Positions 16,172 through 25,235 of a DNA stretch of 32,000 bases are shown here, piece after piece (within the stretch, counting starts at the first letter, position 1; every line of letters starts with the position of its first letter). Source of the stretch: Acidothermus cellulolyticus 11B (lineage in GTDB: Bacteria; Actinomycetota; Actinomycetes; Acidothermales; Acidothermaceae); the NCBI RefSeq assembly GCF_000015025.1, contig NC_008578.1, positions 2,070,001 to 2,102,000 of the forward strand, given 5' to 3'. The position numbers and the translations under genes were made by a program. The notes below the pieces were generated by a model. The model was not told the origin of the DNA, did no database searches, and worked only from the letters and a program-made list of their open reading frames with translations.

Positions 16172-17192
16172 GGGCGCTGACCTTACCCGTCGGACCGCGC
16201 GCTCCGGGACGGCGGCCACAGGTCGGCGCCGGCTGCGCCGCGGAGTGATCGTATCGGTAGTCGTCCTGGTGCTCGTCGCGGGGTTCGTGACCTGGCGCTC
16301 GCTCACCCCCGCTCCGGCCAGGGCCGACCGGTGCGAAGTGGTCGGGTTGACGACCGGTGAAACGTACGCGATGAGCCCGGAACAGCTGCTGAACGCCTCG
16401 ATCATCACCGACGTGGCGATCCGCCGCGGCTTGCCGGTCCGCGCGGTGGTCATCGCGCTCGCAGTGGCGCAGCAAGAATCCAAGCTGCGCAACCTGTCGT
16501 ATGGCGACGCTGACTCCGTGGGACTCTTCCAGCAACGCCCCTCGCAAGGGTGGGGGAGCCGGGAGACCCTTCTCATTCCGGCCGTCGCGGCCGGGAAATT
16601 CTTCGACGCGTTGGTGAAAGTGCCGAACTGGCAGCACGTTCCGCTCGCGCAGGCCGCACAGGCCGTGCAGCACAGCGCATTCCCGAATGCGTATGCAGAC
16701 TGGGAACCCCGGGCGACCGCGTTGGCCGCGGCGCTGACCGGGCAGACCCTCGGACAACTCACCTGTCGCCTGGCGCACAGTGGTGTGCGCGCCGCGATCG
16801 CCCGGGACATTCAGCCGGGTGTCCATCTTCTTGAACCGGGAGCGGATGCCACGGCCGCTGCGGCGGCGCTGCGGAGTGCGCTCGCCACCGAGCTCGACCT
16901 CACCGCGGCCGCTCCGGTCGGGCACGGCCGGACCGCCGCACTCTCCGTACCGCAACTCGGCGGGCCGCCGCAACCGAAGAGCCTTGACAGTCCCGCAACC
17001 GGCGCCGCCGCTGCGCATCGAGCGGCGACGGTCGCAAATTGGCTCATCGCCCGGTCCGCCTACTACGGCGTCACCGAATTTTCCCTGGGCTCGTGGCGGT
17101 GGCAGGCGGCGCACGGCTGGACGACGGTACCCTCCGCCCACTCGGCGAACGGCGCGGCGTCCGTCACCGTCAGCGTCACGATTCGCGAGTGA
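16170..17192 (+). CDS. Membrane-anchored hypothetical protein with a lysozyme/SLT-like ES...GLFQQ motif
   Basis: Track ORF 16047..17192 begins at TTG; I use the internal ATG 16170. Basic N-terminal tail, then TM VIVSVVVLVLVAGFV. The motif is AVAQQESKLRNLSYGDADSVGLFQQRPSQGWG. Third-position GC is consistently high in this frame, while the antisense ORF 16128..17141 is Arg-rich junk. The function assignment is weak. Confidence 0.6.
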   Translation: MGADLTRRTARSGTAATGRRRLRRGVIVSVVVLVLVAGFVTWRSLTPAPARADRCEVVGLTTGETYAMSPEQLLNASIITDVAIRRGLPVRAVVIALAVAQQESKLRNLSYGDADSVGLFQQRPSQGWGSRETLLIPAVAAGKFFDALVKVPNWQHVPLAQAAQAVQHSAFPNAYADWEPRATALAAALTGQTLGQLTCRLAHSGVRAAIARDIQPGVHLLEPGADATAAAAALRSALATELDLTAAAPVGHGRTAALSVPQLGGPPQPKSLDSPATGAAAAHRAATVANWLIARSAYYGVTEFSLGSWRWQAAHGWTTVPSAHSANGAASVTVSVTIRE

Positions 17193-17193
17193 A

Positions 17194-17221
17194 TGCGCAA
17201 TAGTGTGTCAGTGATTGCGCG
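17194..17221. terminator. Hairpin between convergent genes (candidate terminator)
   Basis: tgcgcaat (17194..17201) pairs with attgcgcg (17214..17221): 7 Watson-Crick pairs plus one G-U, with a 12-nt loop. It lies directly after the stop at 17192. No U-tract follows. Confidence 0.25.
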
Positions 17222-17299
17222 CCGGGATGCGTACGCTCCTGTGCGGGCCCCGGTAGTGCAGCGTTCGCTTTCCGCATTTTTCGCACCGTCGGGTTTCGG

Positions 17300-18676
17300 T
17301 CAGCATTCCGAGACGTTGACGCCGACGGCGATCGCCAGGCCGCCGCGTGACGTCTCCTTGTATTTGGATTTCATGTCACGCCCGATTCTGCGCATCGTGA
17401 GAATCGCTTGGTCGAGGCTGACGGTGTGACGTCCGTCGCCGCGGAGTGCGAGCCGGGCGGCGGCGATTGCTTTCACAGCGGCCAGGGCATTCCGTTCGAT
17501 GCAAGGAATCTGCACCAGACCGGCCACCGGGTCGCAGGTGAGTCCCAGATTGTGCTCGAGACCGATTTCGGCCGCGTTCTCCACCTGCTCGGGTGTGCCG
17601 CCCATGGCTGCCGCAAGCCCACCGGCCGCCATGGCACACGCCGATCCGATCTCCCCCTGACACCCGACCTCTGCCCCGGAGATGGAGGCGTTCTCCTTGC
17701 ATAAGCCGCCGATCGCCGTCGCGGTCAGGAGAAAACGCTGGACGCCGTCGCGATCGGCACCGGGGACGAAGGTGGTGTAATACCGCAGCACAGCAGGAAC
17801 GACGCCTGCGGCTCCATTTGTCGGGGCGGTGACCACACGCCCGCCCGCGGCGTTCTCTTCGTTCACCGCCAATGCCCACGCAATGACCCACTCCATCTCA
17901 CGCAGGCCGCCGGGCGCAAGCGGTTCGGCGGCAAGGGACCGAGCGAGGCTCGGCGCCCGCCGGCGGACATGCAGGACGCCGGGCAATTCGCCGTCCGCCG
18001 AACAACCGCGATCGATCGTCTCGTTCATCACCTGGGCGATACGGTCCACGTAATGCGCGATCTCGTCCGGTGAGCGCATGGTCGTCTCATTCGCCAGCAC
18101 AACCGAGGCGATGTCGCGACTCGTCCGCCGGCAGATGTCGAGAAGCTCCCGGGCGCTGCGGAACGGATACGGTACGCCCGTGACATCAACTCCGTCAACC
18201 CGCCGTCCCGACTCGTCAGCGACGAATCCTCCACCGATGGAGTAATACACCCGGGCCGCCCGCACCCGGCCGTCCGCGTCGTACGCAGTGAACCGCATGC
18301 CATTCGGGTGTGCGGGCAGCCGGTCGCGGGCCCGCAGCACGATGTCGCGTTCGTCGTCAAACTCGATAGGATGCCGCCGCAGCACCGTGAGCTTCTTCGC
18401 GGCTCGGACGTCGGCCAGCTGTGCGTCCGCTGCAGCGGGATCCACCGTTTCCGGTTCTTCGCCAAGAAGCCCGAGGATGACGGCTTTCGGCGTGCCGTGT
18501 CCCGGGCCGGTTGCGGCGAGAGAACCGAAGAGTTCGACCCGGATGCGGCTGAGCGCACCGAAATCGGCGTCATCGAGTGCGGTGACAAAGAGCCGCGCGG
18601 CCTTCATCGGGCCGACGGTGTGCGAACTCGACGGACCTATCCCGATTTTGAAAAGGTCGACGATGCTGACGGTCAT
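17300..18676 (-). CDS. sdaA: L-serine ammonia-lyase (L-serine dehydratase, iron-sulfur dependent, single chain)
   Basis: The track ORF is 17300..18694. ATG 18676 is preceded by GAGGAG. N-terminus MTVSIVDLFKIGIGPSSSHTVGPM, with GGLCKENASISGAEVGCQGEIGSACAMAA in the C-terminal half. Confidence 0.9.
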   Translation of the reverse strand: MTVSIVDLFKIGIGPSSSHTVGPMKAARLFVTALDDADFGALSRIRVELFGSLAATGPGHGTPKAVILGLLGEEPETVDPAAADAQLADVRAAKKLTVLRRHPIEFDDERDIVLRARDRLPAHPNGMRFTAYDADGRVRAARVYYSIGGGFVADESGRRVDGVDVTGVPYPFRSARELLDICRRTSRDIASVVLANETTMRSPDEIAHYVDRIAQVMNETIDRGCSADGELPGVLHVRRRAPSLARSLAAEPLAPGGLREMEWVIAWALAVNEENAAGGRVVTAPTNGAAGVVPAVLRYYTTFVPGADRDGVQRFLLTATAIGGLCKENASISGAEVGCQGEIGSACAMAAGGLAAAMGGTPEQVENAAEIGLEHNLGLTCDPVAGLVQIPCIERNALAAVKAIAAARLALRGDGRHTVSLDQAILTMRRIGRDMKSKYKETSRGGLAIAVGVNVSEC

Positions 18677-18751
18677 GACCCATCTCCTCAACAATGTATG
18701 AACGACTGACGGCGGCTGGTATGGCAGGCCTTCGGGCGGTTCGGGACAGCG

Positions 18752-19912
18752 TCATTTCTTTCTTCGGTAAAACGGCAATTCCGTCACGGTCACCGCTTCG
18801 TACTTCCCACGGACGTCGACCAGCGCCGGCGTGTTCGGCGCCGCGTAATCCCGTCGGAGATATGCCATGGCGATGGCATACCCGAGTGTCGGGGACGGCG
18901 CCCCGCTGGTGACCTCCCCAATCCGCACCAGCCCGCGTTCGTCGTACACCGCATCACCGTGACGAGGCGCCCGCCGTCCGACGCCGGCCAGGCCGGCCAA
19001 AGTTTCGTCGGGAGGCTCGGCGGCATAGCGCATGAGCGCCGCTTTACCGACGAAGTTTGGTTTATCCAGGGCGACGACCCGGCCCAGACCGGCGTGGAAG
19101 GGAGTGCGGTCCCGGGAGAGCTCGCGGCCGTACAGCGGCATGCCCGCCTCCAACCGCAACGAATCCCGCGCCGCCAGTCCGCACGGCAGGACGCCGGCGT
19201 CCTGCCCGCGCTCGAGAATCGCCCGCCAGAGCGGCACGGGATCGTCGTCAAGGAAAATCTCAAAACCGTCTTCTCCGGTGTAACCGGTCCGCGCAACGAG
19301 TGCCCGCCGGCCGCACACGTCCGCCTCGGTCACGCGGTAATAGCGCAACTCCAGCACCTGTTCGTCGAGCAAGCCGCGAAGAATGTCGACCGCCTTGGGC
19401 CCTTGCAGCGCGACAAGGCACCACCGCGTTGTCTCGTCGCGAACCTCGACGTTGAATTCCGCGCAGCGGCGGCGGAGTTCGTCGACGACAACGGCCGTAT
19501 TCGCAGCGTTGGCGACGACGAGAAAATCGGTCGGCGATATTCGGTAGACCACCAGGTCATCGACCACGCCGCCGTTCTCGTCGCACATCATGGTGTACTT
19601 CGCCCGGCCGACCGCAAGCGTGTCGAATTCCGAGACCAGAGCCGCGTCGAGCGCCGCACCCGCCTGCGCGCCACGCACCCGGATTTCCCCCATGTGGGAG
19701 AGATCGAACAGTCCGGCGGCCCGCCGCACCGCGTGGTGCTCGGCAAGTTCGCTGGTGTAGCGCAGAGGCATCCGCCAACCGGCGAAAACCGTGAAGGCGG
19801 CGCCAAGTGCCTGGTGCTCGGCTTCAAGAACGCTGTGACGGATTGGCGGCGGGTCGGACGGGCCTACCGGGTTTGCTGTTTCGCGCGTCACCGCAATTTC
19901 CGGCTCTGACAC
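18752..19912 (-). CDS. gcvT: Glycine cleavage system aminomethyltransferase (T protein)
   Basis: ORF 18752..19912 with a GTG start. Motifs WRMPLRYTS, HHAVRRAAGLFDLSHMGEIRVRG and TGYTGEDGFEIF. It lies directly downstream of a glycine riboswitch. Confidence 0.9.
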   Translation of the reverse strand: MSEPEIAVTRETANPVGPSDPPPIRHSVLEAEHQALGAAFTVFAGWRMPLRYTSELAEHHAVRRAAGLFDLSHMGEIRVRGAQAGAALDAALVSEFDTLAVGRAKYTMMCDENGGVVDDLVVYRISPTDFLVVANAANTAVVVDELRRRCAEFNVEVRDETTRWCLVALQGPKAVDILRGLLDEQVLELRYYRVTEADVCGRRALVARTGYTGEDGFEIFLDDDPVPLWRAILERGQDAGVLPCGLAARDSLRLEAGMPLYGRELSRDRTPFHAGLGRVVALDKPNFVGKAALMRYAAEPPDETLAGLAGVGRRAPRHGDAVYDERGLVRIGEVTSGAPSPTLGYAIAMAYLRRDYAAPNTPALVDVRGKYEAVTVTELPFYRRKK

Positions 19913-19946
19913 GGAGATCCCTCCCTCGGCGCCACGGCGCCTGCGT

Positions 19947-20126
19947 GGTCCCCTCTGTCACGAGCCTGAGAGCTTCACCGCGCCGCGCGGTTTGCCCCTT
20001 CGGCGGGTCACTGACGTGACCGCTTTCCAGAGTTGCCTCCCTCGGATGGTGCGGATGCCTGAGAGTTTCCGGGGGGTTGCTCCTTCGGCGCGCTCCGCTG
20101 GCGGCGAAGCGTCTCTCCCATCCGAG
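19947..20126 (-). promoter_or_regulatory. Tandem glycine riboswitch (two aptamers) in the gcvT leader
   Basis: Minus-strand RNA, aptamer 1 (20126..20041): CUCGGAUGGGAGAGACGC...GCGCCGAAGGAGCAACCCCCCGGAAACUCUCAGGCAUCCGCACCAUCCGAG, with a 9-bp P1 (CUCGGAUGG/CCAUCCGAG). Aptamer 2 (20040..19947): GGAGGCAACUCUGGAAAGCGG...CCGCCGAAGGGGCAAACC...GAAGCUCUCAGGCUCGUGACAGAGGGGACC, with P1 CUCUG/CAGAG. Both carry the conserved GGAGAG-type, CCGAAGGrGCAA and CUCUCAGGC cores. They are followed by GGCGCCGUGGCGCC and the SD GAGGGAGG before GTG 19912. Confidence 0.85.
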
Positions 20127-20162
20127 ATCAACGGCTATTGGATTGTGCAGCAGTTCTGCCCG

Positions 20163-20933
20163 CTATGGTACGTCGTTTCCGGCAGACACCGTCACGCCGG
20201 CGCGGCCACGGTGATACTCGCGTGCGGCGGCGACGAACGCAAGAAACAGCCGAGGGTCGGTGTCCGCCTCCGGATGCCACTGCACCGCGATGCAGAACGG
20301 GTGATCGGGCTTCTCCAGCGCTTCAACCGTGCCGTCGTCCGCGAAAGCAGTTGCCTCAAACCCGGGATGGTCGGCCACGGCCTGATGATGTGACGTCGGC
20401 ACCTCCGCACGCTCGCCGAGGACACGGGAAAGCCTGCTCTCGGGAACGATCCGCACCTCGTGCCGTCCGAACACCCCGGGCGCCGGGCCGTGACGCAGGT
20501 CGCCGAGCTTGTCCGGCAAATGCTGGACAAGGGAGCCGCCCGCGGCCACCGCCATCACCTGCATGCCACGGCAAATGCCGAGGATCGGCTGCTTGTGCTC
20601 CACGGCGTACGCCGCGGCGTCGAATTCCGTCGCCTCCCGTTCAGGCGTTGCCGGCCGGGTCGCCGGATGCGGCTCAGCGCCGTACCGCGCGGGATCGACA
20701 TCCGGCCCGCCGGCAAGCACGATCCCATCGAGCCGTCGGAGCACACGGGGTGACACTCCGCCGGGTGGCAGGACGACGACGTCGGCGCCGGCGGCATGCA
20801 GGTGTTCCACGTAGGAACGAGGGAGTACGACCGACGGGACGTCCCGCCACGATCCGAACGACGCGGTTTCGTGGTAGGAGGTGACACCGATGAGCGGCCG
20901 AACCTCCGTCTCGGTCATGACGTCACCGTTCAC
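20163..20933 (-). CDS. Gamma-glutamyl-gamma-aminobutyrate hydrolase family protein (class I glutamine amidotransferase / peptidase C26, PuuD-like)
   Basis: ORF 20163..20933. Nucleophile motif ILGICRGMQVMAV and His/Glu motif AVQWHPE. The GTG start overlaps the SDR stop (GTGA at 20930..20933). Confidence 0.8.
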   Translation of the reverse strand: MNGDVMTETEVRPLIGVTSYHETASFGSWRDVPSVVLPRSYVEHLHAAGADVVVLPPGGVSPRVLRRLDGIVLAGGPDVDPARYGAEPHPATRPATPEREATEFDAAAYAVEHKQPILGICRGMQVMAVAAGGSLVQHLPDKLGDLRHGPAPGVFGRHEVRIVPESRLSRVLGERAEVPTSHHQAVADHPGFEATAFADDGTVEALEKPDHPFCIAVQWHPEADTDPRLFLAFVAAAREYHRGRAGVTVSAGNDVP

Positions 20934-21703
20934 AGCGGAGTCACGTACGCGGCGCTGATGCCGCCGTCGACGAGAAACGTCGAGGCGGTAATGAAGCTCG
21001 ATTCATCGCTCGCCAGGAAGAGGACGGCGTTGGCGATCTCCTCCGGCTCGGCAAATCGGCCGATCGGCACGTGAACCAGCCGGCGGGCGGCCCGCTCCGG
21101 GTCCTTGGCGAAGAGTTCTTGCAGCAACGGCGTGTTGACCGGTCCGGGACAGAGTGCATTGACGCGGATGCCGTCGCGGGCAAATTGCACACCGAGCTCC
21201 CGGGACAGCGCGAGGACACCACCCTTGCTTGCCGTGTACGAGATCTGCGAGGTCGCCGATCCGAGAACCGCGACAAACGACGCCGTATTGATGATCGAAC
21301 CAGATTTGCGGGCCAGCATGTACGGCAAGGCCGCCTTGCAGCAGAGATAGACGCTGGTGAGATTGGTCTCCTGAACCCGCCGCCAGGTCTCGAGGTCGGT
21401 CTGCAGGATCGAATCATCCTCCGGCGGCGAAATTCCCGCATTGTTGAACGCGATGTCCACCCGGCCGGTGATCCGATCGGCGGCGGCGAACAGGGCCTCC
21501 ACCTGGTCGGCGTCGGTCACGTCGCAGTGCACGTAGCTTCCGTTGATTTCGTCAGCAACCGCCTTGCCGCGGTCGTCATCGATGTCACCGATGACGACGT
21601 GGGCGCCCTCCGCGGCGAGGAGCCGCGCGCTGGCCAGCCCAATGCCGCTGCACCCGCCGGTCACCACCGCAGTCTTTCCGCTCACCCTCCCGGCCATGGT
21701 CAC
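20930..21703 (-). CDS. Short-chain dehydrogenase/reductase (SDR) family oxidoreductase
   Basis: ORF 20930..21703. Motifs TGGCSGIGLA, NNAG and YTASKGGV. The GTG start overlaps the ALDH stop (GTGA at 21700..21703). Confidence 0.85.
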   Translation of the reverse strand: MTMAGRVSGKTAVVTGGCSGIGLASARLLAAEGAHVVIGDIDDDRGKAVADEINGSYVHCDVTDADQVEALFAAADRITGRVDIAFNNAGISPPEDDSILQTDLETWRRVQETNLTSVYLCCKAALPYMLARKSGSIINTASFVAVLGSATSQISYTASKGGVLALSRELGVQFARDGIRVNALCPGPVNTPLLQELFAKDPERAARRLVHVPIGRFAEPEEIANAVLFLASDESSFITASTFLVDGGISAAYVTPL

Positions 21704-23061
21704 TCCTCCGTTGCGATGAAAACGTTCTTGATCTCCGTGAAACTCTCCAACGCATGGGGCCCGAGCTCCCGCCCGAGTCCCGATTGCTTGAAACCACCGA
21801 ACGGCGTGTTGTACCGCACCGAGGTGTTGGAATTGACCGACAGATTTCCGGACTCAACGCCGCGCGCTACGCGGAAGGCCCGGCCGACGTCGCGGGTCCA
21901 GATCGAGCCGGATAACCCGTACGCCGTGTCGTTCGCCATCCGGATCGCGTCGTCCTCATCATCGAACGGCAGGACGGCGACGACGGGCCCGAAAACTTCT
22001 TCCCGCCAGACGGGATCGTCGGTACCGGCGGGTGCCACCACCGTCGGCGGAAACCAGAATCCGGCTCCCGCAGGCGCCGTGCCGCGGAACAACACGTGAT
22101 CCTCGACGACGAAGCGTGCGACGCGGTCGCGCTGCTGCGCGGAAATGAGTGGTCCCATCTCGGTCCGCTCGTCGCCGGGCGGCCCAACCACGACGCCGGC
22201 CACCGCTTTCTGGAACAGGGCGAGGAATTCGTCGTACACACGGCGCTGGACGAGAATCCGACTGCGGGCGCAGCAATCCTGGCCGGCATTGTCAAAGACC
22301 GCGTACGGCGCCGCCGCCGCCGCACGCTCGAGATCCGCGTCGGCAAAGACAATGTTTGCGCTCTTTCCGCCAAGCTCCAAGGTGATGCGCTTCACGCCGT
22401 CCGCGGCCAGCCGCATGATGCGCTTGCCCACCTCCGTCGAACCGGTGAAGCAGATCTTCCTGACCAGCGGGTGGCAGACCAACCGTTCGCCGGCCACCGA
22501 ACCCTTGCCCGGCAGGACGGTGAAAACGCCTTCGGGGATTCCCGCCTCGAGCGCGAGTTCACCGAGCCGCAGCGCGGTCAGCGGCGTCAGTTCGGCGGGT
22601 TTGAGCACGACGGTATTGCCGGCGGCCAGCGCAGGGGCAAAGCCCCATGCGGCGATCGGCATCGGAAAGTTCCACGGAACGATGATTCCGACCACGCCGA
22701 GCGGCTCATGAAAAGTAACGTCAACGCCGCCTGCGACGGGAATCTGCTCACCGAGGAGCCGCTCCGGTGCACCGGCGTAGTAGGCAAGGACGTCGCGCAC
22801 ATTGGCGGCCTCGCCGAGCGCGTTGCGGATCGTATGACCGGCGTTGCGCACCTCCAGGCGGGCAAGTTCCTCCAGATGCCCGTCCACGACCTCCGCGAAC
22901 CGGCGCAGCAACCGGCTGCGATCGGCGGGTGTCACCCGACGCCACTCGGCAAACGCACGAGAGGCGCGGGCGACAGCGGCATCCACCGCCTCTTCGTCGG
23001 CCGCCGGCACCGTGTCAATAACTTGTTCGGTCGCCGGGTCGATTACTGATATATCCGTCAT
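21700..23061 (-). CDS. NAD(P)-dependent aldehyde dehydrogenase
   Basis: ORF 21700..23061. Motifs VVLKPAELTPLT, FTGSTEVGKRI, ELGGKSANIVF, the catalytic Cys in GQDCCARSRILV, and EEVFGPV. Confidence 0.9.
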   Translation of the reverse strand: MTDISVIDPATEQVIDTVPAADEEAVDAAVARASRAFAEWRRVTPADRSRLLRRFAEVVDGHLEELARLEVRNAGHTIRNALGEAANVRDVLAYYAGAPERLLGEQIPVAGGVDVTFHEPLGVVGIIVPWNFPMPIAAWGFAPALAAGNTVVLKPAELTPLTALRLGELALEAGIPEGVFTVLPGKGSVAGERLVCHPLVRKICFTGSTEVGKRIMRLAADGVKRITLELGGKSANIVFADADLERAAAAAPYAVFDNAGQDCCARSRILVQRRVYDEFLALFQKAVAGVVVGPPGDERTEMGPLISAQQRDRVARFVVEDHVLFRGTAPAGAGFWFPPTVVAPAGTDDPVWREEVFGPVVAVLPFDDEDDAIRMANDTAYGLSGSIWTRDVGRAFRVARGVESGNLSVNSNTSVRYNTPFGGFKQSGLGRELGPHALESFTEIKNVFIATEE

Positions 23062-23121
23062 CTAAGATTCAGCCTCCCAACTTACCGTGACGTCTCGCGG
23101 TTGCCGGAACGGCGCCGGCCG

Positions 23122-24462
23122 TCACAGCCGCTCGAAACCTCTGAACCGCTCCCAGTCGGTCACCGCCGCCTCAAATGCCGCGATTTCCACGTCCGCCGCG
23201 TGAACGTAATGGTCGACGACGTCGTCGCCGAAAATTTTCCGGGCCACCGAGGACGCAGCGAAGGTATTCCGCGCGTCCCGGAGCGTCGACGGCACCCGCG
23301 CCCGGCCAGCGGCATACGCGTTGCCTTCAAAAGCGGGCTCCAGCTCAAGTTGATGCTCGATCCCGTACAGGCCGCCGGCGAGCATCGCGGCCAGCGCGAG
23401 GTAGGGGTTGACGTCCCCGCCGGGGACGCGGTTCTCGATGCGCAGACCGGAGCCGTGGCCGACGGCCCGCAGGGCGCAGGTCCGGTTGTCCCACCCCCAG
23501 GCGATGGTCGTCGGAGCGAACGAACCTTCTTGGAAGCGCTTGTAGGAGTTGATGTTCGGAGCATACCAGAGCGTGAAATCCGCCAATGTCGCGAGAAGTC
23601 CTGCGACGAAATGCTCGAAGACCTTGCTGGGGCCGTGGTCCGCGGCAAAAACCGGATGATCGGCTTCATCACGCAGGCTCATGTGAATGTGACAGGAATT
23701 GCCTTCCCGTTCGTTGAACTTCGCCATGAACGTGATGGACTTGCCGTAGGCGGCCGCAATTTCCTTTGCGCCGTTCTTGTAGACGACGTGATTGTCGGCC
23801 GTCCGGAGCACATCGGCGTACCGGAATGCGATCTCGTGCTGGCCGAAGTTGCACTCCCCCTTGGCGCTCTCGACGCGCATGCCGGCTCCGGCCATTCCGT
23901 TGCGAATCGCACGGAGCAGGGTCTCGACTTCCGTCGTCCCGAGCATTGAGTAGTCGACGTTATACCGGTTCGCCGGTACCAGGTCACGGTAGCCTTTCCG
24001 CCAGGCAGTCGCGTAATCGTCGTTGAAGATGATGAATTCCAATTCAGTGCCGGCAACCGCGACGAAGCCGCGCTGCCGCGCCGCCTCGACCTGAGCGCGC
24101 AGGATCTGCCTCGGGGACTGCCGGACGGGCGTACCGTCGAGCCACGCGACGTCACACTGCACCATAGCGGTCGCCGGCAGCCAGGGAATAAGGCGCAGTG
24201 TCGACATGTCCGGCTGGAGAAGGAAATCGCCGTATCCCCGCTCCCAGGAGCTGATGTCATATCCGGAGACCGTGGTCATCTCGACATCAACGGCCAGCAG
24301 ATAGTTGCACCCCTCGGTGCCGTGCCCGGCCACTTCGTCGAGAAAGAAATCGGCGTGCACCCGCTTGCCCTGCAGTCGTCCCTGCATATCGGTGAAAACG
24401 ACGAGGACGGTATCGACCGTTCCGTCCGCAACCAGTCGCTGCAACTCGTCAATGGTCAGCAC
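23122..24462 (-). CDS. Glutamine-synthetase-like ligase (gamma-glutamyl-amine synthetase candidate, PuuA / GlnA3-GlnA4-like)
   Basis: ORF 23122..24462 with a GTG start preceded by GAAGGGAG. GS catalytic-domain motifs GTELEFIIF, KGECNFGQHEI, NSCHIHMSL, NRTCALR and NPYLALAAMLAGG. It sits with an ALDH, a C26 hydrolase and a permease. Confidence 0.8.
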   Translation of the reverse strand: MLTIDELQRLVADGTVDTVLVVFTDMQGRLQGKRVHADFFLDEVAGHGTEGCNYLLAVDVEMTTVSGYDISSWERGYGDFLLQPDMSTLRLIPWLPATAMVQCDVAWLDGTPVRQSPRQILRAQVEAARQRGFVAVAGTELEFIIFNDDYATAWRKGYRDLVPANRYNVDYSMLGTTEVETLLRAIRNGMAGAGMRVESAKGECNFGQHEIAFRYADVLRTADNHVVYKNGAKEIAAAYGKSITFMAKFNEREGNSCHIHMSLRDEADHPVFAADHGPSKVFEHFVAGLLATLADFTLWYAPNINSYKRFQEGSFAPTTIAWGWDNRTCALRAVGHGSGLRIENRVPGGDVNPYLALAAMLAGGLYGIEHQLELEPAFEGNAYAAGRARVPSTLRDARNTFAASSVARKIFGDDVVDHYVHAADVEIAAFEAAVTDWERFRGFERL

Positions 24463-24476
24463 CCAATGCTCCCTTC

Positions 24477-25235
24477 TCAGCCCAATAGTCCTCGTAGGAG
24501 TGCGGACGTTGCGGCGCAGTGCTCCTCCATCGCGCGACGCGCGCCGGGCGCATCGCCGGCCAGGATCGCGTTGACGATCCTGGAGTGCTGCGCGTGAGAG
24601 TGTGCGATGTTGCGCTGTAACACGGGAATCGAGGTCAGCATTTCGTGCAGGAGAATCTGCACCTCGGTCACCGCATCGACGAGCATCCGGGATCCGGACA
24701 ACGTCGCGATGGTCAAGTGGAGCCGGGAATCGGCCGTCCGATGACTCGCATCGTCCGGAGCGTTGCTGACCCGCTCCAGCGCGGCGACCAGTGCTGCGCG
24801 TTGATCAGCGCTCAAATCCCGGCGGGCGGCCAAGTACGCCGCGCCAGGCTCCACCACGGCACGAAAATCGAGGGCGTCACGCAATTCAGCGCCCCGACGG
24901 CGCAATGCCTGGGTGCCGCGCGGCGGCGGCGGCCCGGAGTAGGTGACGACGGCTCCGCCACCGCGGCCGCGATGCACCTCGATCATGCCCGCCTCCCGCA
25001 GGGCTCCGATCGCCTCGCGAAGAGTGGCCCTGCTGACCCGAAGCCGAGCGGCGAGCTCCCGTTCGGGCGGGAGCCGCTCGCCGGTCCGGAAAACCCCAAG
25101 CCGTAGCGCGTTGGCCAACCGTTCCACCGTTGATTCGAAGGTGTTGCGGTTGTGCACCGGCCGGAGGATGACGTCGGTGAGGGAGAGCTCACCGTCGAGT
25201 TCTCCCTCACCGAGACGCTCGCGCTCGCGGATCAA
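24477..25235 (-). CDS. GntR-family transcriptional regulator, FadR subfamily (FCD C-terminal domain)
   Basis: This is the C-terminal 252 codons of track ORF 24477..25577. Winged HTH LPPERELAARLRVSRATLREAIGALREAGMIEVHRGRGGGAVV, followed by a helical His-containing C-terminal domain. I place the start at TTG 25235, preceded by GGGGAGGAGG and overlapping the permease stop (TTGA at 25232..25235). Confidence 0.8.
   Translation of the reverse strand: MIRERERLGEGELDGELSLTDVILRPVHNRNTFESTVERLANALRLGVFRTGERLPPERELAARLRVSRATLREAIGALREAGMIEVHRGRGGGAVVTYSGPPPPRGTQALRRRGAELRDALDFRAVVEPGAAYLAARRDLSADQRAALVAALERVSNAPDDASHRTADSRLHLTIATLSGSRMLVDAVTEVQILLHEMLTSIPVLQRNIAHSHAQHSRIVNAILAGDAPGARRAMEEHCAATSALLRGLLG

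Noticed and set aside
15314-16810. Long N-terminal extensions of several track ORFs: dapD to 16810, dapE to 15470, tag to 11201, GntR to 25577, BadF to 28374, fdx to 30090, GNAT from 29636, folP2 from 11123.
   Set aside because: The extensions overlap neighbouring genes in other frames, are low-complexity or Arg-rich, and lie upstream of internal starts that have an SD or a stop/start overlap. The family-typical N-termini begin at the internal starts.
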